A DNA stretch of 63,062 bases, the filler included, from Rhabdomonas costata (Eukaryota), in NCBI GenBank assembly GCA_019059605.1. It is 56 parts of 56 records of this genome, joined end to end, with 100 filler letters (N's around TTAATTAATTAA, not from the genome) between each part and the next. Parts side by side here need not be neighbours in the genome. Positions count along the whole stretch, not along the records: positions 51,875 to 52,902 come from JAHMHO010032680.1; positions 53,003 to 54,030 come from JAHMHO010032681.1; positions 54,131 to 55,158 come from JAHMHO010032682.1; positions 55,259 to 56,286 come from JAHMHO010032683.1; positions 56,387 to 57,414 come from JAHMHO010032684.1; positions 57,515 to 58,551 come from JAHMHO010032685.1; positions 58,652 to 59,679 come from JAHMHO010032686.1; positions 59,780 to 60,807 come from JAHMHO010032687.1; 48 more parts are not named here. One strand, written 5' to 3'. Position numbers and translations under genes: made by a program. Positions 51,775 to 63,062 of the stretch are shown piece after piece (the first letter of the stretch is position 1; each line of letters opens with the position of its first letter). The notes beneath the pieces are model-generated. The model made no database searches. It saw only the letters and a program-made list of their open reading frames with translations, and had not been told where the DNA came from.

Positions 51775-53034
51775 NNNNNNNNNNNNNNNNNNNNNNNNNN
51801 NNNNNNNNNNNNNNNNNNTTAATTAATTAANNNNNNNNNNNNNNNNNNNNNNNNNNNNNNNNNNNNNNNNNNNNGGTGTGTGCTTGTCGGCACGGATCAT
51901 GATGCGGTGCGGACGTTTGCTTATTTTTCCTGCCGTTTTTCTGGTCCGACTGGTCCGACCCGACAAGATGAGGGTGGTTGACCTCCGGAGCAAAGTAAAA
52001 ACAGTGATGCGTTCTACGTATGTGAAATCAAGGTGTATCAAGGCTTCATAGTTGCAAAATATCTGGAAGGGAAAGAAGGGACTGTCAGGAGCCCTGTGAC
52101 TCAACCTGGGTGGTGTCCAACGGACAACTTCGTTTCTGCATAAGGCGTGACGTTTTCGAAACCTTTAGGAAGGCTCCCGCGGCTCTCTGTCCGAGCAGCC
52201 CACCCAGCCAGCCCGTGCAATGGCGGAGGGGTCGCCCGCAGCGGTATGCAGTGCCTCGTGGCTGTGCATGTACATTAGGTGCACTCACGCTTGAGTTGAA
52301 AGGTTTCAAGTGGGACCGGTTCAGTTTTTTTTGGTGCAGATGTCTTCATACTCTTGACACACAGATTACAAATACCACAAGAGGTTCAGAAGCACGAGAG
52401 GTGTCAAAATTCTAGGTGTTGCTACGGTACACCTTACGCGAAAGAAGATAAAATCAAAGATGAGCACCTTGTCTCCAATGGACTGGTAATATGGCTTTGC
52501 TCGAACCCACACCCCGCATAGGGTCAGTCCTACCTGCTGCGCAACAGAGTTGGGAAAAGCAACGAAGGGGTGCAGGCAATATGCCCCACCCCCATTGTCG
52601 TCGTTGCCATTACAGATGCACACACACACACACTTCTTGTCCTGGGAAAAGACCACGGAAAATCACAGCAAAGACAAATGTTACAGCAGACACTCCATGC
52701 ACCCCGTCACGAACCCAAAACGCCGCAGATGGCTTCTGCAAATGCAGACGTTTGAAATCGTGCCACAGGACCCGAGGACAAAGAAAGACGCAGGCTGGGA
52801 TTAAAGCACTCACATTTTCGAGATTGGTGATGCGCCAATTTCACGAGAACGCAGAACATAGCTCGAGGAAGGAACCCACCAACCCACTCACCCACAAACG
52901 TGNNNNNNNNNNNNNNNNNNNNNNNNNNNNNNNNNNNNNNNNNNNNTTAATTAATTAANNNNNNNNNNNNNNNNNNNNNNNNNNNNNNNNNNNNNNNNNN
53001 NNGGTGGGGGGTGGGGGGGTGCAGTGGTGGGTCG

Positions 53035-53545
53035 TCACCCAGCCCTTGCTAGCCGCTCAAACTCCTTTGCAAAGTCCGCAATCGCACCAAAGAAGGCTTG
53101 AGGCCCACTGTCGGGGCCCCCGAAACCGGCGGCCGGGGGCTCCCCGAAGAACTTACACAGTTCCAGCACGTGCTGCTGGCACCCCGCGACCTGAGCCTGC
53201 AAGAGCAATGACCAATTCCACAGCGTCTTAGCTAAACCCGTCAGTGTTTTCCCTCGAGGCCTCCTCTCGTTCAAGTGTCTATGGCTGCCAACTGCTGGTG
53301 TTTGTAAGCAGATGTGCGGCGAATTGTGTATTGTGTGTGTGAATTGCGTTGCAATGGATATGCGAGTCTCAGCATGTGGGAATGCGGTGCAGAGGCCCTC
53401 CTCGTGATGTCTCGCTCGGCGGCAAAACCTGTGTCTGCTGCAGTTGGCCCACCGCCTGCTGGTGGAAAGGACCCATGACTTCCGCAAAGCGGTCAGGGGC
53501 ACCCAGCTCGGCGGAGGGAGCAGCGGCGCAGTCCTGCAGCACAAT
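53035..53545 (-). CDS. Formin FH2 domain C-terminal region, two exons (53545-53429, 53196-53035)
   Basis: DRFAEVMGPFHQQAVGQLQQTQ|AQVAGCQQHVLELCKFFGEPP...PQAFFGAIADFAKEFER matches the FH2 pattern D.F...M..F...A......L..YFGE......P..FF..+..F...F; GT-AG intron. Confidence 0.85.
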
Positions 53546-53825
53546 CTGAAACCCATGGAGCAAAGCACTAAAAAAGATCTCTCGGGAGACAAACAATTAA
53601 AGCCCAGTGACGACAACGGAAGATTTGACAGCAACCACAGGATGGCACGCAACTCGTTAACTTAAGACCACCCTTCTTGCCGCATTGGGCACGTTCCCCA
53701 CATTCTTGCGCGCTTGTTCTAATTTAACTTTTTGATTATCATGGCAATTCGATGTTGCTGCAACGCCACGCCACTGTGAGTCTGTCATGTCATATAATGT
53801 CATCTCATCTAAAATGGTGAAATGG

Positions 53826-53876
53826 TGAAATGAAATGAAATGAAATGAAATGAAATGAAATGAAATGAAATGAAAT
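53826..53876. repeat. (TGAAA)n pentanucleotide microsatellite
   Basis: About 10 perfect units with degenerate flanks. Confidence 0.9.
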
Positions 53877-55259
53877 GGAAATGGAACCGCTGCAAGGCGG
53901 TGGTGCGCTGAGCGGTCTACTCTCAGAGTGGTGGCTCATGGACTGCGGCCGCTTCCGGCGACGAACCGAATGTCTCCTGCCTCAGTGGGGCAATAGTGAA
54001 GGAGACGGGGCACTAAAAGCCCCACACCCCNNNNNNNNNNNNNNNNNNNNNNNNNNNNNNNNNNNNNNNNNNNNTTAATTAATTAANNNNNNNNNNNNNN
54101 NNNNNNNNNNNNNNNNNNNNNNNNNNNNNNGACGGAGATGGCGATGGAGAATGGTTTGGTTTTCTCATTTTCGGTGTTTTTCGCCCTTTTAATTGTCCGG
54201 GGTCCAGGGTCCCCAAGTATGGACCTTGCCCCGCAGCCTGCAAGAGAAGCATTACACGCGGAATACCACACAGTGATAAGTCATGTTCATGCTGAGTTCA
54301 GTCAGTTTCAGATTTGTCTAGCGGAGTGTTGCAAGAAGACTCCGGATCAACATTCAACGCTCAGGGAAATACACATGAGCTTCTCACACTTTACTTCTCC
54401 AACAAGCTATGCCTTACCGCGCCCCTCAGCCAACAACAGGAACCGTTTGCGTGTTGTGTGTGTTTGGAGGAGATTCCCGTTTAACGGCATTAAAGGCGAA
54501 AAGTTGTGTTTTTGTGATGTTAGCTTCCCAACGCGTGGCTTTGAGCTTAACTACGTCAGCTATTCCCAGAATAATGTGTGCTTACATAAGGAAAGGGAAT
54601 ACAATTACCATGGTACCATGTCAGTGCCTCATAAAAGTTTCTTTTCGGTTCAAAGGAGTCAGAATACCTTTTACCGTTTAAAAAGGTTTTTAAACGTTTA
54701 ACCCGATTGAGCCCTCGATAAGTAGCGGGAACGAATCTCAAGCTCAAAAGCATGACACACCACAATCGCTTCCGTTGCCCAGGGTGAACTGCGCATTTCG
54801 CTTCTGGGATTGCAATCCATCTCACCCCACAGGATGTATGTACTTCAGCAGCAGCAGACTGGAGACCCCTTTGCGGCGTACCACGAAGCTGTGCTGAGCC
54901 TGTTCTACGGCTCCTACAGGAGGGGCCGTATGGGTCTGCAGGTGTGTATGTCCTGTCTTCCAGCCCCATGCTCCAGTCTCTCTTGCTGCTTTGGCCGATG
55001 GAAGAGAATGGGCATGAGGCTGTTCGGATCCTGGGTTGCTTCCGGAAGCAGAAATACACCTAAGGTTACCTACATGTCCGGAAACATTGGAAAATCCCCA
55101 CAAGAAACGATTTGAACGTCGAATACACCAGAATATTCTGGTCTCGGACCCCCACACANNNNNNNNNNNNNNNNNNNNNNNNNNNNNNNNNNNNNNNNNN
55201 NNTTAATTAATTAANNNNNNNNNNNNNNNNNNNNNNNNNNNNNNNNNNNNNNNNNNNNT

Positions 55260-56286
55260 GTGGTTTGTATGTTGTATTCATATGTATTTATTCCATGTAA
55301 TAATACATATTTTATTGTAAATAAAAATATAGCAGAGTATAATCATTTTATTTATTCTTTTAATAAATTATCAAAAGATACACAAGATGATATAAAAAGT
55401 GAAATTAAAATTTTATCAAGACCATGGGATCATCAAATAAAATCATGTAATAAAATCGTTGATCGTTATATAAATGGTGAATATCGAGGACAGGCGAATA
55501 GTTCAAATACTGGATCAGGTAAAACATTATGTTGTTTATTGATCTTTAAAAAATTATATGAAATTTCAAATTATGGAAAAGGATTCCTAGTTATGTTGCC
55601 TAATAATAAATTATATACATCATGGATTGATGAAATTAATAAACATACAAATGGATTTGAAATTATAACACAAAATGCAAATGGAACATTAAAAATGGAA
55701 AGTAAAGAAAATTTTTTTAAGAAAAAAAATACACAAATAAATCATACAACAATTGTTTTAACAACAATGGGCCGCATGCGTGATCATCCTATAAACAATA
55801 AATGGAAATTAGTATGTATTGATGAATGTTTAACAGTTCAAAACAATAATGCACTATGGACTATAGAAGCATGGCGACAAATTATAAATAGTCATTATGG
55901 TTGTTTATTAATGAGTGCTACGTTTTTTAGATCTAAATTTGAAAAATTATTTTATATGTTAAAGATGCTTTGTTCTGGAATACCTGAACAAAAAAAATAT
56001 TTAGATTTGATTTTAAATGAGACGATGATATGTGACAATATTGAAGGTAAAAATTGGATAACAAACGTAAATCATATTAAATTATCAGATGAAGATAAAA
56101 AAAAATATGATTTAATAAAAAATATAAAAACAAAATCATCAAAAGAAACATATATAAAATTAGAATCATTTATTCAAGAATATGATATTACGGATTTTTT
56201 AGTAGATAAAATAAAAGAATTAAATAAAAAAGATTTGAATGTCTTATTATTCATAGACGGTATTGAAAAAACAAATAAAATTAATG
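55260..56286 (+). CDS. Superfamily 2 (DEAD/SNF2-like) helicase fragment, probably from a giant virus
   Basis: Open across the whole AT-rich contig, no introns. Q-like motif PWDHQ, Walker A NTGSGKT, Walker B LVCIDECL, motif III LMSAT. Confidence 0.85.
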
Positions 56287-56386
56287 NNNNNNNNNNNNNN
56301 NNNNNNNNNNNNNNNNNNNNNNNNNNNNNNTTAATTAATTAANNNNNNNNNNNNNNNNNNNNNNNNNNNNNNNNNNNNNNNNNNNN

Positions 56387-57041
56387 GTTCCATGCCATTA
56401 AACAATGGTTCATTATTTTCTTTTTCAATATATACTGTAAAATATGAAATGATATGTGTATTTTTTGCATATATTGTTCCACTATATCCTGCATGTATTG
56501 CTAATCTCATTATATCATCACATAACTGTTCTGACTGTGATACATAATAATCTTTTTTATTATGTTTTTTAAAGTTATAATCCATAATCAAAGATAATAA
56601 TAATCTTGATTGTCGTTGTCCAAGGTCCCATACAAATCCTGGTATTGTTTGTATATCATTCGCAATATCTTGTGCAATATTATGTAAATATACATCTGTT
56701 TCATATTTTTCATTTTCAATACATATTTCTTCTTTTTCACTATATATATTATTACAATTCTTTTTGTAATGTACCGAATTACCAAATACTATTTTTGCAG
56801 GTACTCGTTCAAATGTATCATTCATTTTAACATATAAATGATGATCTATTGTAACATCTAGATCTACTTCTTTTGATCTTATTTTATATATTTGTCCTTT
56901 ATATTGTAATTTATATATTTCAGTTGGATTTTCATATTCAAGATATTTTCCATTTACTAAAATTGCAACTTTATCATACATAGTTATATCTTTGATATTT
57001 TTCCATCCTGAAGATGTTAATACATCACAATTTAAAAAACA
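56387..57041 (-). mobile_element. Intein inserted in RPB2 after GDKF (N-terminal part; C-terminus lies off the contig)
   Basis: In place of the expected (S/C)SRHGQKG the frame continues CFLNCDVLTSSGWKNIKDI (block A, Cys1) and VDLDVTIDHHLYV (block B, TxxH), then a degenerate LAGLIDADG-type region. Confidence 0.88.
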
Positions 57042-57414
57042 AAATTTATCACCCACATGAGGCAACCGTTCTGATCTTACTTTGATTTTTTTAATACCAT
57101 AGCCTTCACTATTATATATATATCAGTATATACTTTGTCAATAGTTCCCGGTTCTTGATATTGATATATTTCACTATTATCTGTATATATCTTATCACTT
57201 CCTTCTATTGGTAGTATCGGTGATACTTTTCCTATTAATATATCGCCCTTTACTACTTTGGTCTCTTCTGGAACATATCCTTTCTCATTTAATTTATCAT
57301 ATACACCATATTTAATTCCTGTTAATTTTTCAGGTTCTGGTTTCAAAAATATGTCATCATGTGATGTTATTTGATTCTTCTTTATTTCTGATACATATTT
57401 TTGAAACCCAACAC
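56387..57414 (-). CDS. RPB2: DNA-directed RNA polymerase second-largest subunit (RPB2) fragment, NCLDV-like, intein-containing, frameshifted near 57113-57123
   Basis: YDKLNEKGYVPEETKVVKGDILIGKVSP...GTIDKVYTDIY / NSEGYGIKKIKVRSERLPHVGDKF: the conserved RPB2 hybrid-binding region ending at GDKF. AT-rich, intron-less. Confidence 0.9.
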
Positions 57415-57514
57415 NNNNNNNNNNNNNNNNNNNNNNNNNNNNNNNNNNNNNNNNNNNNTTAATTAATTAANNNNNNNNNNNNNNNNNNNNNNNNNNNNNN
57501 NNNNNNNNNNNNNN

Positions 57515-57852
57515 GGGGGGGTGTAGCAATGTATTCCAACAGGAATTGAGCCACGCAATCACCCTTCTTGACGCGGTAGTCCCTCCTTCAGTGGTTCAAC
57601 AGCAAGATCTTCACATTCCCTCGGTAGTCGGGATCAATTACTCCCGATCCAACCGAGATGTGGTGCTTCCAGGCCAAATCACTGTGCGGGCAATGCGTCC
57701 ATACATGTCGGTAGGTATGGCAAAGGCCAAGTCTGTGGGAATGAGCCAGCTGCAATGACCACATCTTCTGCACTGGCCAGGTCAAAAAATGCTTCAAGTG
57801 GGGTGCTTCGGCGCTGCAAAACAGCATTGCTGCTGAAATCATTCACCAGCAG
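57515..57852 (-). pseudogene. dut: Trimeric dUTPase domain within a retrotransposon pol, with 2 frameshifts and 1 stop
   Basis: Reconstructed as [109 protein letters not shown]: motifs 1-4 (AGYDL, RSG, GVIDxDYRG, GDRIAQ) appear in order. Confidence 0.9.
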
Positions 57853-58551
57853 AGGTTCCACCTCTGAAACCGAAACCTTCTCCGGAGCAGCCAGATGGGT
57901 TCCGAGAACAAGGGGGGCTGACTCAGGCTCTACAACTCGTTCCTGAGCGGCAAGATTGGGCGTGGGCACAACGGCATTCAGTTGCTGATTATGGACCTCT
58001 TCAGAAGGAGGAATGGAGTGTGGGAGGTATGGTACTGAACTCTTGATTGCTTTCGCAACAGGAACACGAGTAAGCTTCTTTCCCATCATAATATCAAAGG
58101 GTTGAACTGATGAAGGAAAGGATAGCCCAACACAATGGGAAGAGGAGTTTCAATCACACGCAAGAAAAGCCTCACCTGCAACTCACCAATCTTCCCATGC
58201 AAGCGAACATAGTGCACCACTGTAAGGGTATTCCCATTCGCGACCTTCACCTGAATCTGTGACTTCAAAGGCAACAATTTGTAGCGTGCCTCTCGCACAA
58301 AGAGGAAGTAATGGACTTCCATCCTGTCTCTGGATCACGGTGGAGGGCTCTCCGCAAGCAACCTCCCGCGCTCCTGAAATTGGATTCCATGCAAGCGGCA
58401 GGGTGGGCTTAGGCGCTCCGCACTCCAAAAACCAGTCATCTGTCTGCATTGTGGCGTCCACAAAATCAGCTTTCCAAGATCGAGAGAGTCCATCTCCTCA
58501 AGGAACAAGCAAGGAACAAGCTCAGTCAAGGGAGATACGTTACCACACACC
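57515..58551 (-). mobile_element. Decayed Ty3/Gypsy-type pol fragment: retropepsin (58086-58322), low-complexity spacer, dUTPase
   Basis: PLKSQIQVKVANGNTLTVVHYVRLHGKIGELQVRLFLRVIETPLPIVLGYPFLHQFNPLI has the VANG and ILG.PWL...NP.I motifs of Gypsy proteases and resembles the protease remnant near 51460-51600. Confidence 0.8.
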
Positions 58552-59797
58552 NNNNNNNNNNNNNNNNNNNNNNNNNNNNNNNNNNNNNNNNNNNNTTAAT
58601 TAATTAANNNNNNNNNNNNNNNNNNNNNNNNNNNNNNNNNNNNNNNNNNNNGTTGTTGGGGCGGCTTTCAATCTAGCTGGACAGGCGAGGTATTCCGCGC
58701 TCCATCTGCCCTTCTTTTATTTTGAGATAACGTCCACTGCGCGGACGTGCCAACAAAGGGTTATACTACCACGAGGTCATCCCAGTGCCGTGATCAAGCA
58801 ATGGGAATCCCGCAGCAGATCGAGAAAGGCATACAAAGTGAACAGCTGTACACGTGAGCAAAACATGTGTTAAAATGGAGCAAGGGAGTTGTGGGGCCTT
58901 ACAGTAAAGGGGAAGAGAAAAGTAGCATAGCGGATATTGAGTGACCGAACTCGTGTGGAAGAGGAATTAGGAATAAGACCCCCTGACGCGCAGGCGGGAG
59001 AGATTAAAAACATAGAAACGGGTGTGATGCCACGGCCTCCTGGTTGGCTGATGATAGCTGCAGAGGGTGACCCGTGGTGACATCCATGGCGTTCAGCCGC
59101 AGCGGCCAGGAAGACATCGCCGGGCAAGCGTTGGACAAGGGCTCTTTGGGTGTGACTTCGTGACTTAGTGTGTCCATCACCGCAACCGCAGAGTGCAAGT
59201 ATGGATACCGTACCGAAAGCGCACTAGCGCTTGAAATACTGACACATCGAACGGAGCGGAGCCACCCGCACCCGACAAGGTGGTGAGACAAGAACCCGCG
59301 TCGGCCCGACTGCAGGAGGCCACCATGCGGTTTAACGCTTCAAGGACCAACTGCTGTGCTCGAAAATATTGCGCAGCGTTGCTCCAGTCCTTCTGGCTCC
59401 TACCGCAATCCGCCAGCTTGTGTGAGAGGTTGCCTGATCAGAGAAAGATATATGAATGCTGCTGGAGGATCCTCCGCTGTTCTTTCAAAGGCACTGCGCA
59501 TAATTTCCCAATGGCTTTCCCTTGGCAGCCCTCAACACGGTGGAACCCACACCAGCGAGTATTCAATTCCTCGTCAATCTCTTCACTGGAAAGGCACAAT
59601 GCGACTTCTACCTACGACATCCGTCCGCGAGCTGATGCTTATCAACGACCGAGAGGGTATCCTCACCAAACACCCCCCCNNNNNNNNNNNNNNNNNNNNN
59701 NNNNNNNNNNNNNNNNNNNNNNNTTAATTAATTAANNNNNNNNNNNNNNNNNNNNNNNNNNNNNNNNNNNNNNNNNNNNCCCCTTCCACGGAAAAAC

Positions 59798-60070
59798 CTG
59801 AGGGGCACGATGAGCTTACCCAAGCCCAACTCGCAGAACAAGTTCCCGAGGTTGGGCCCGAAGAGGTCCCAGTCTTGCACGTTGAGGAAGACCCGCACCA
59901 CCCACAGCTGCTCGCCGCCGTGCACGAAGAGCACGCGGTGAGGCTCGAGCACGGGTCCGTGGTGGAAGTGCAGCAGTCTGACTGGGTGCAGCTCGCCGAG
60001 GCGCACACGGTGCTGGAGCCCTTGGAGGTGTAGCCCGAGGGGCAGGAGTAGGCTCCGCAAGTCGGGTGTC
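59798..60070 (-). CDS. Exon encoding a Cys-rich module plus a PSI (plexin-semaphorin-integrin) domain
   Basis: TCGAYSCPSGYTSKGSSTVCASASCTQSDCC followed by DPCSSLTACSSCTAASSCGWCGSSSTCKTG...WAWVSSSCP (C..C....CGWC signature); bounded by AG and GT, 273 nt. Confidence 0.8.
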
Positions 60071-63062
60071 CTTTTTTTTTGCGGCGGAAGAACGAGAGAA
60101 AGTGACAGCGACTGTGCATAGACACTATGCAGGCAACAAAAAAAGACGCGCAGCAGTGGTGAACTTTTTAGAATGAGGAGAACATGCGCCTTTCACAATC
60201 TGGCAGAATCAAGCACAACGCCCCCACCATCAACTGGCGAGTCTGCTGGGGTCGGGTGGTATTGTCCAAAGCCTGAAGCTGGGAGGCTGGGCGGCGAACG
60301 AACGAACCAACGGACGCTCCGCTTTGGAGCATTCTCAGCTCCCCGAAAGGAGGGAAACTCTTGAGGGTGCTAGTTGTTAAGCGAATCCAACAACAACCAG
60401 GTGCGCTGTGGCGCAACGGTACCGTGTCTTGACCGACGTCGCTCATGACAGCCAGTTCCTCAGAAATACACCATGCTCATGTTGGACTTGAGAATGCGCG
60501 ACGTCAGTAAGGAGACTGGACGAGACATTGGATGTTGGGGTGCGACCTTGTTCCACAATGCAGTCATATGATTGCGCAATCCCGCGACCAGCGCCACAGG
60601 TCCACCACACCGCAACCACACAGAGAAGCCGTAATCACACCACCGAGCGAAACACACCAGCACGCAGGCAACCGGATACCCGTCCCGTCCCTGAGCAACA
60701 TCTCCCGACAATTCTCCAAACGCTACATACGGAAATTACTCAGTGCACAGCGGGCACGTGAAATGGCGCCAAGCAAAAAGAAAAGAAGGCTGGACAACCA
60801 ACACCACNNNNNNNNNNNNNNNNNNNNNNNNNNNNNNNNNNNNNNNNNNNNTTAATTAATTAANNNNNNNNNNNNNNNNNNNNNNNNNNNNNNNNNNNNN
60901 NNNNNNNGGTGGGGGGGTCCTGGTGACCACCACTGGGGACGGCACGCCCCCTGACCAGGTGGATTGATGGTGGTTGCATTTACCCCCGGAATTGATGATT
61001 TTTCAATTGACGATTTGCAGAAAAAAGCGAAACGAACTGTCCCAAGCTGGCAGAGCCACTCTGGGTTTTTCTCTCACGAATCGGGTGCTTGCTGTGTTGC
61101 CGTGTGAAAAATGCAAAACGCGAACGTTTTTTTAGCCTTTGCTATTTGCTTATATATGGAGAGGGTTTCGTGTGTGCTCATTAATACCGTACTTTAGAAT
61201 TGAACGTCTGCAGGGCCTGGCTACTGTCATCCTTTTTGGTGTAGTGCAGCAGTAAATTAAAAGGTCTCGTTTTGGGGGATCGGGTTTTTCAGTGTCGCCT
61301 TGTAGTTTTGACCCTCCATAGTATATGCATGATCAACACTACGTGACTGTCTACAGTCACAGTTGTGTGTGGTCGATTTATGGCAGAGCCTAGAAAGAGT
61401 GTGGTTGGCCTGTTTTCGGCACAAATGTTACACAGATACGCTGTACCTCGTTCACCTCTGCTACCCTCGCGCGAATGATTCCATAGGACGCGGGGAGTGT
61501 TTTGCTTGTCCTTATGGAGACTCTTTTGCTGGCCGAGTACGCCGACCGACTGATGCTGACTCCCTCTGGTTCCGCAGTGCTTGACACCCCCTCTTCCATT
61601 CCTCAGGCCATTCTTTTTGTTAATTCCTTTCACTCTCGGTGAAAGTGCCGCCTATGAAATTTCGTTGGATGATAGTCAATGAAGTGCGCAAACTAAAAGA
61701 AGCTTCGTGAACTTCATTGAGCTGGTGGTCTCTCTCTGAGGCGTGGTTCTTTCAGTGGCTTTTTCTGCTGGTTCCACCTCTCGCAGATCTTGGCCTAGTG
61801 GCAGGGTGGCGGTCCCTGCGGCCCTATCTCCTGCACCCCAGCCACAACACGACCTGCGCGGGCTCATCCTCTGACTTCGAGACTTCTTGGTGCCCCCGGA
61901 AGTACTACCCAAACCCCCACACACACCCACCACANNNNNNNNNNNNNNNNNNNNNNNNNNNNNNNNNNNNNNNNNNNNTTAATTAATTAANNNNNNNNNN
62001 NNNNNNNNNNNNNNNNNNNNNNNNNNNNNNNNNNGGTGGGGGTGTTAGTCCTCTGGAGCCCCGACACCCTGGACGTCTCGATCCGGGCTCTAGAGGACTA
62101 ACACCCCTGCTTGTCAACCACATGGTGCACACGCGGGACAGGGAGAAGCTATGACCCTTGTGTGGAGGGCAATGTTCACGGCAATTTACGGCCCACCGTG
62201 AACCGCCCGCAGTGCACGAAAGAAGGTCAGCCGACGACGACGACGACGAGAAGGAAACCGACGAGCTGATGACGGACTCCGATGAGGCGCTCGTCGAAGT
62301 CGAGGTTGCAGAAACACCCGACGTCGCAGTCTTGGGCAAAAAAAAAGACATCCCGGACTGCGCCGCAAGGAGCTCCCCCCTTCTTCATAAAGATGTATGG
62401 CAAAGGATCCTCGGATGCTTGAGATGACGACGGCCCCCGTGGCAGGAGTGCCCGGCAAAATTCACTACACACAGAATGAATCCAAATAACCGAGGGACAA
62501 TTCGGGTAGAGGAAGAAGTAGTAGACACGAGAGAAAGATGCAAATCAACAAGCCCGTAGACCATATATAAGCAAGCGCAAGCTGCAACTTCAAACCCCGA
62601 GTGTCCCAGGCAGGAGGCCCAGACCGCCCAAAAACAAGGAGCCGCAATGCTCTCCAGAAAGAAACGCCCAGGGTGAGGGCCCGCGAAGGAAACCCGTCGA
62701 CAGAGTAACACGAACCGCTCAGGCCGACAGCAAAAAATGGGGCCCGATCGGGGGAGCAGGACCGATCTCAGGGTCGATGTGATATGTGGAGACGAAAAAG
62801 ATTACACTCAATAAGGTTTTCGTATTTTGGTGCGTCAGAGGGCAATGTTCGTTCACGGTTGTGCTTTTTCAGCCAGTCACATTTCACTGTACATATTTGA
62901 GCGTGCCGGCTATCCCCCTACGCTGAAATTTCGGCAAAAACTTTTCTGCTAATACTTCCCGATCCTAAGCGCAGCGAACGATTTTCCAGGTTCCAACAGA
63001 CATACTCACCCTAGGTGGCACGACGCAGCTCGGATTCCGATCTTGAAAAGTTTGACTACGCT

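Noticed and set aside
55259-58551. Apparent helicase-RPB2-dUTPase viral gene cluster
   Set aside because: These are three separate contigs. The dUTPase contig has host-like GC and is linked to a Gypsy protease, so the adjacency is an ordering artefact.
62158-62427. Acidic ORF ending in F-box-like LHKDVWQRILGCL
   Set aside because: The motif is partial and directly followed by a stop, with no splice support.
1-63062. rRNA, tRNA, snRNA or spliced-leader RNA genes
   Set aside because: None recognised by eye; an Infernal or tRNAscan run would be needed to exclude them.

Overview
This window is not a contiguous locus. It is about 56 unrelated contigs of roughly 1.0 kb, joined by 100-nt spacers (44 N + TTAATTAATTAA + 44 N). 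Neighbouring contigs therefore carry no synteny information, and most of the supplied ORF track is spurious. Contig ends carry G/T-only tails, remnants of a WGA primer and fold-back hairpins, which point to a whole-genome-amplified (single-cell-type) library. Most contigs come from an intron-rich, probably flagellated eukaryote with mainly GT-AG introns and the standard genetic code; a euglenozoan-like protist is a guess only. Recognisable host genes are a complete 3-exon DPM2 and partial TXNDC12/ERp18, BIG/Sec7 ARF-GEF, formin FH2, CFAP97-domain, RanBP2 zinc-finger, LRR, PSI/Cys-rich, CRAL-TRIO-like, F-box and O-methyltransferase genes. Mobile DNA comprises three decayed Ty3/Gypsy fragments and one DIRS-like RT-RNase H fragment. 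Two things stand out. First, two very AT-rich, intron-less contigs (55259-57414) look like giant-virus (Nucleocytoviricota, Mimiviridae-like) DNA: an SF2 helicase, and an RNA polymerase RPB2 with an intein whose homing endonuclease is eroded, plus a 2-nt frameshift. Second, a Ty3/Gypsy pol fragment carries a trimeric dUTPase just downstream of its protease (57515-58551), while a related copy in the window lacks it. All homology calls are by-eye motif recognition; no database search was run.
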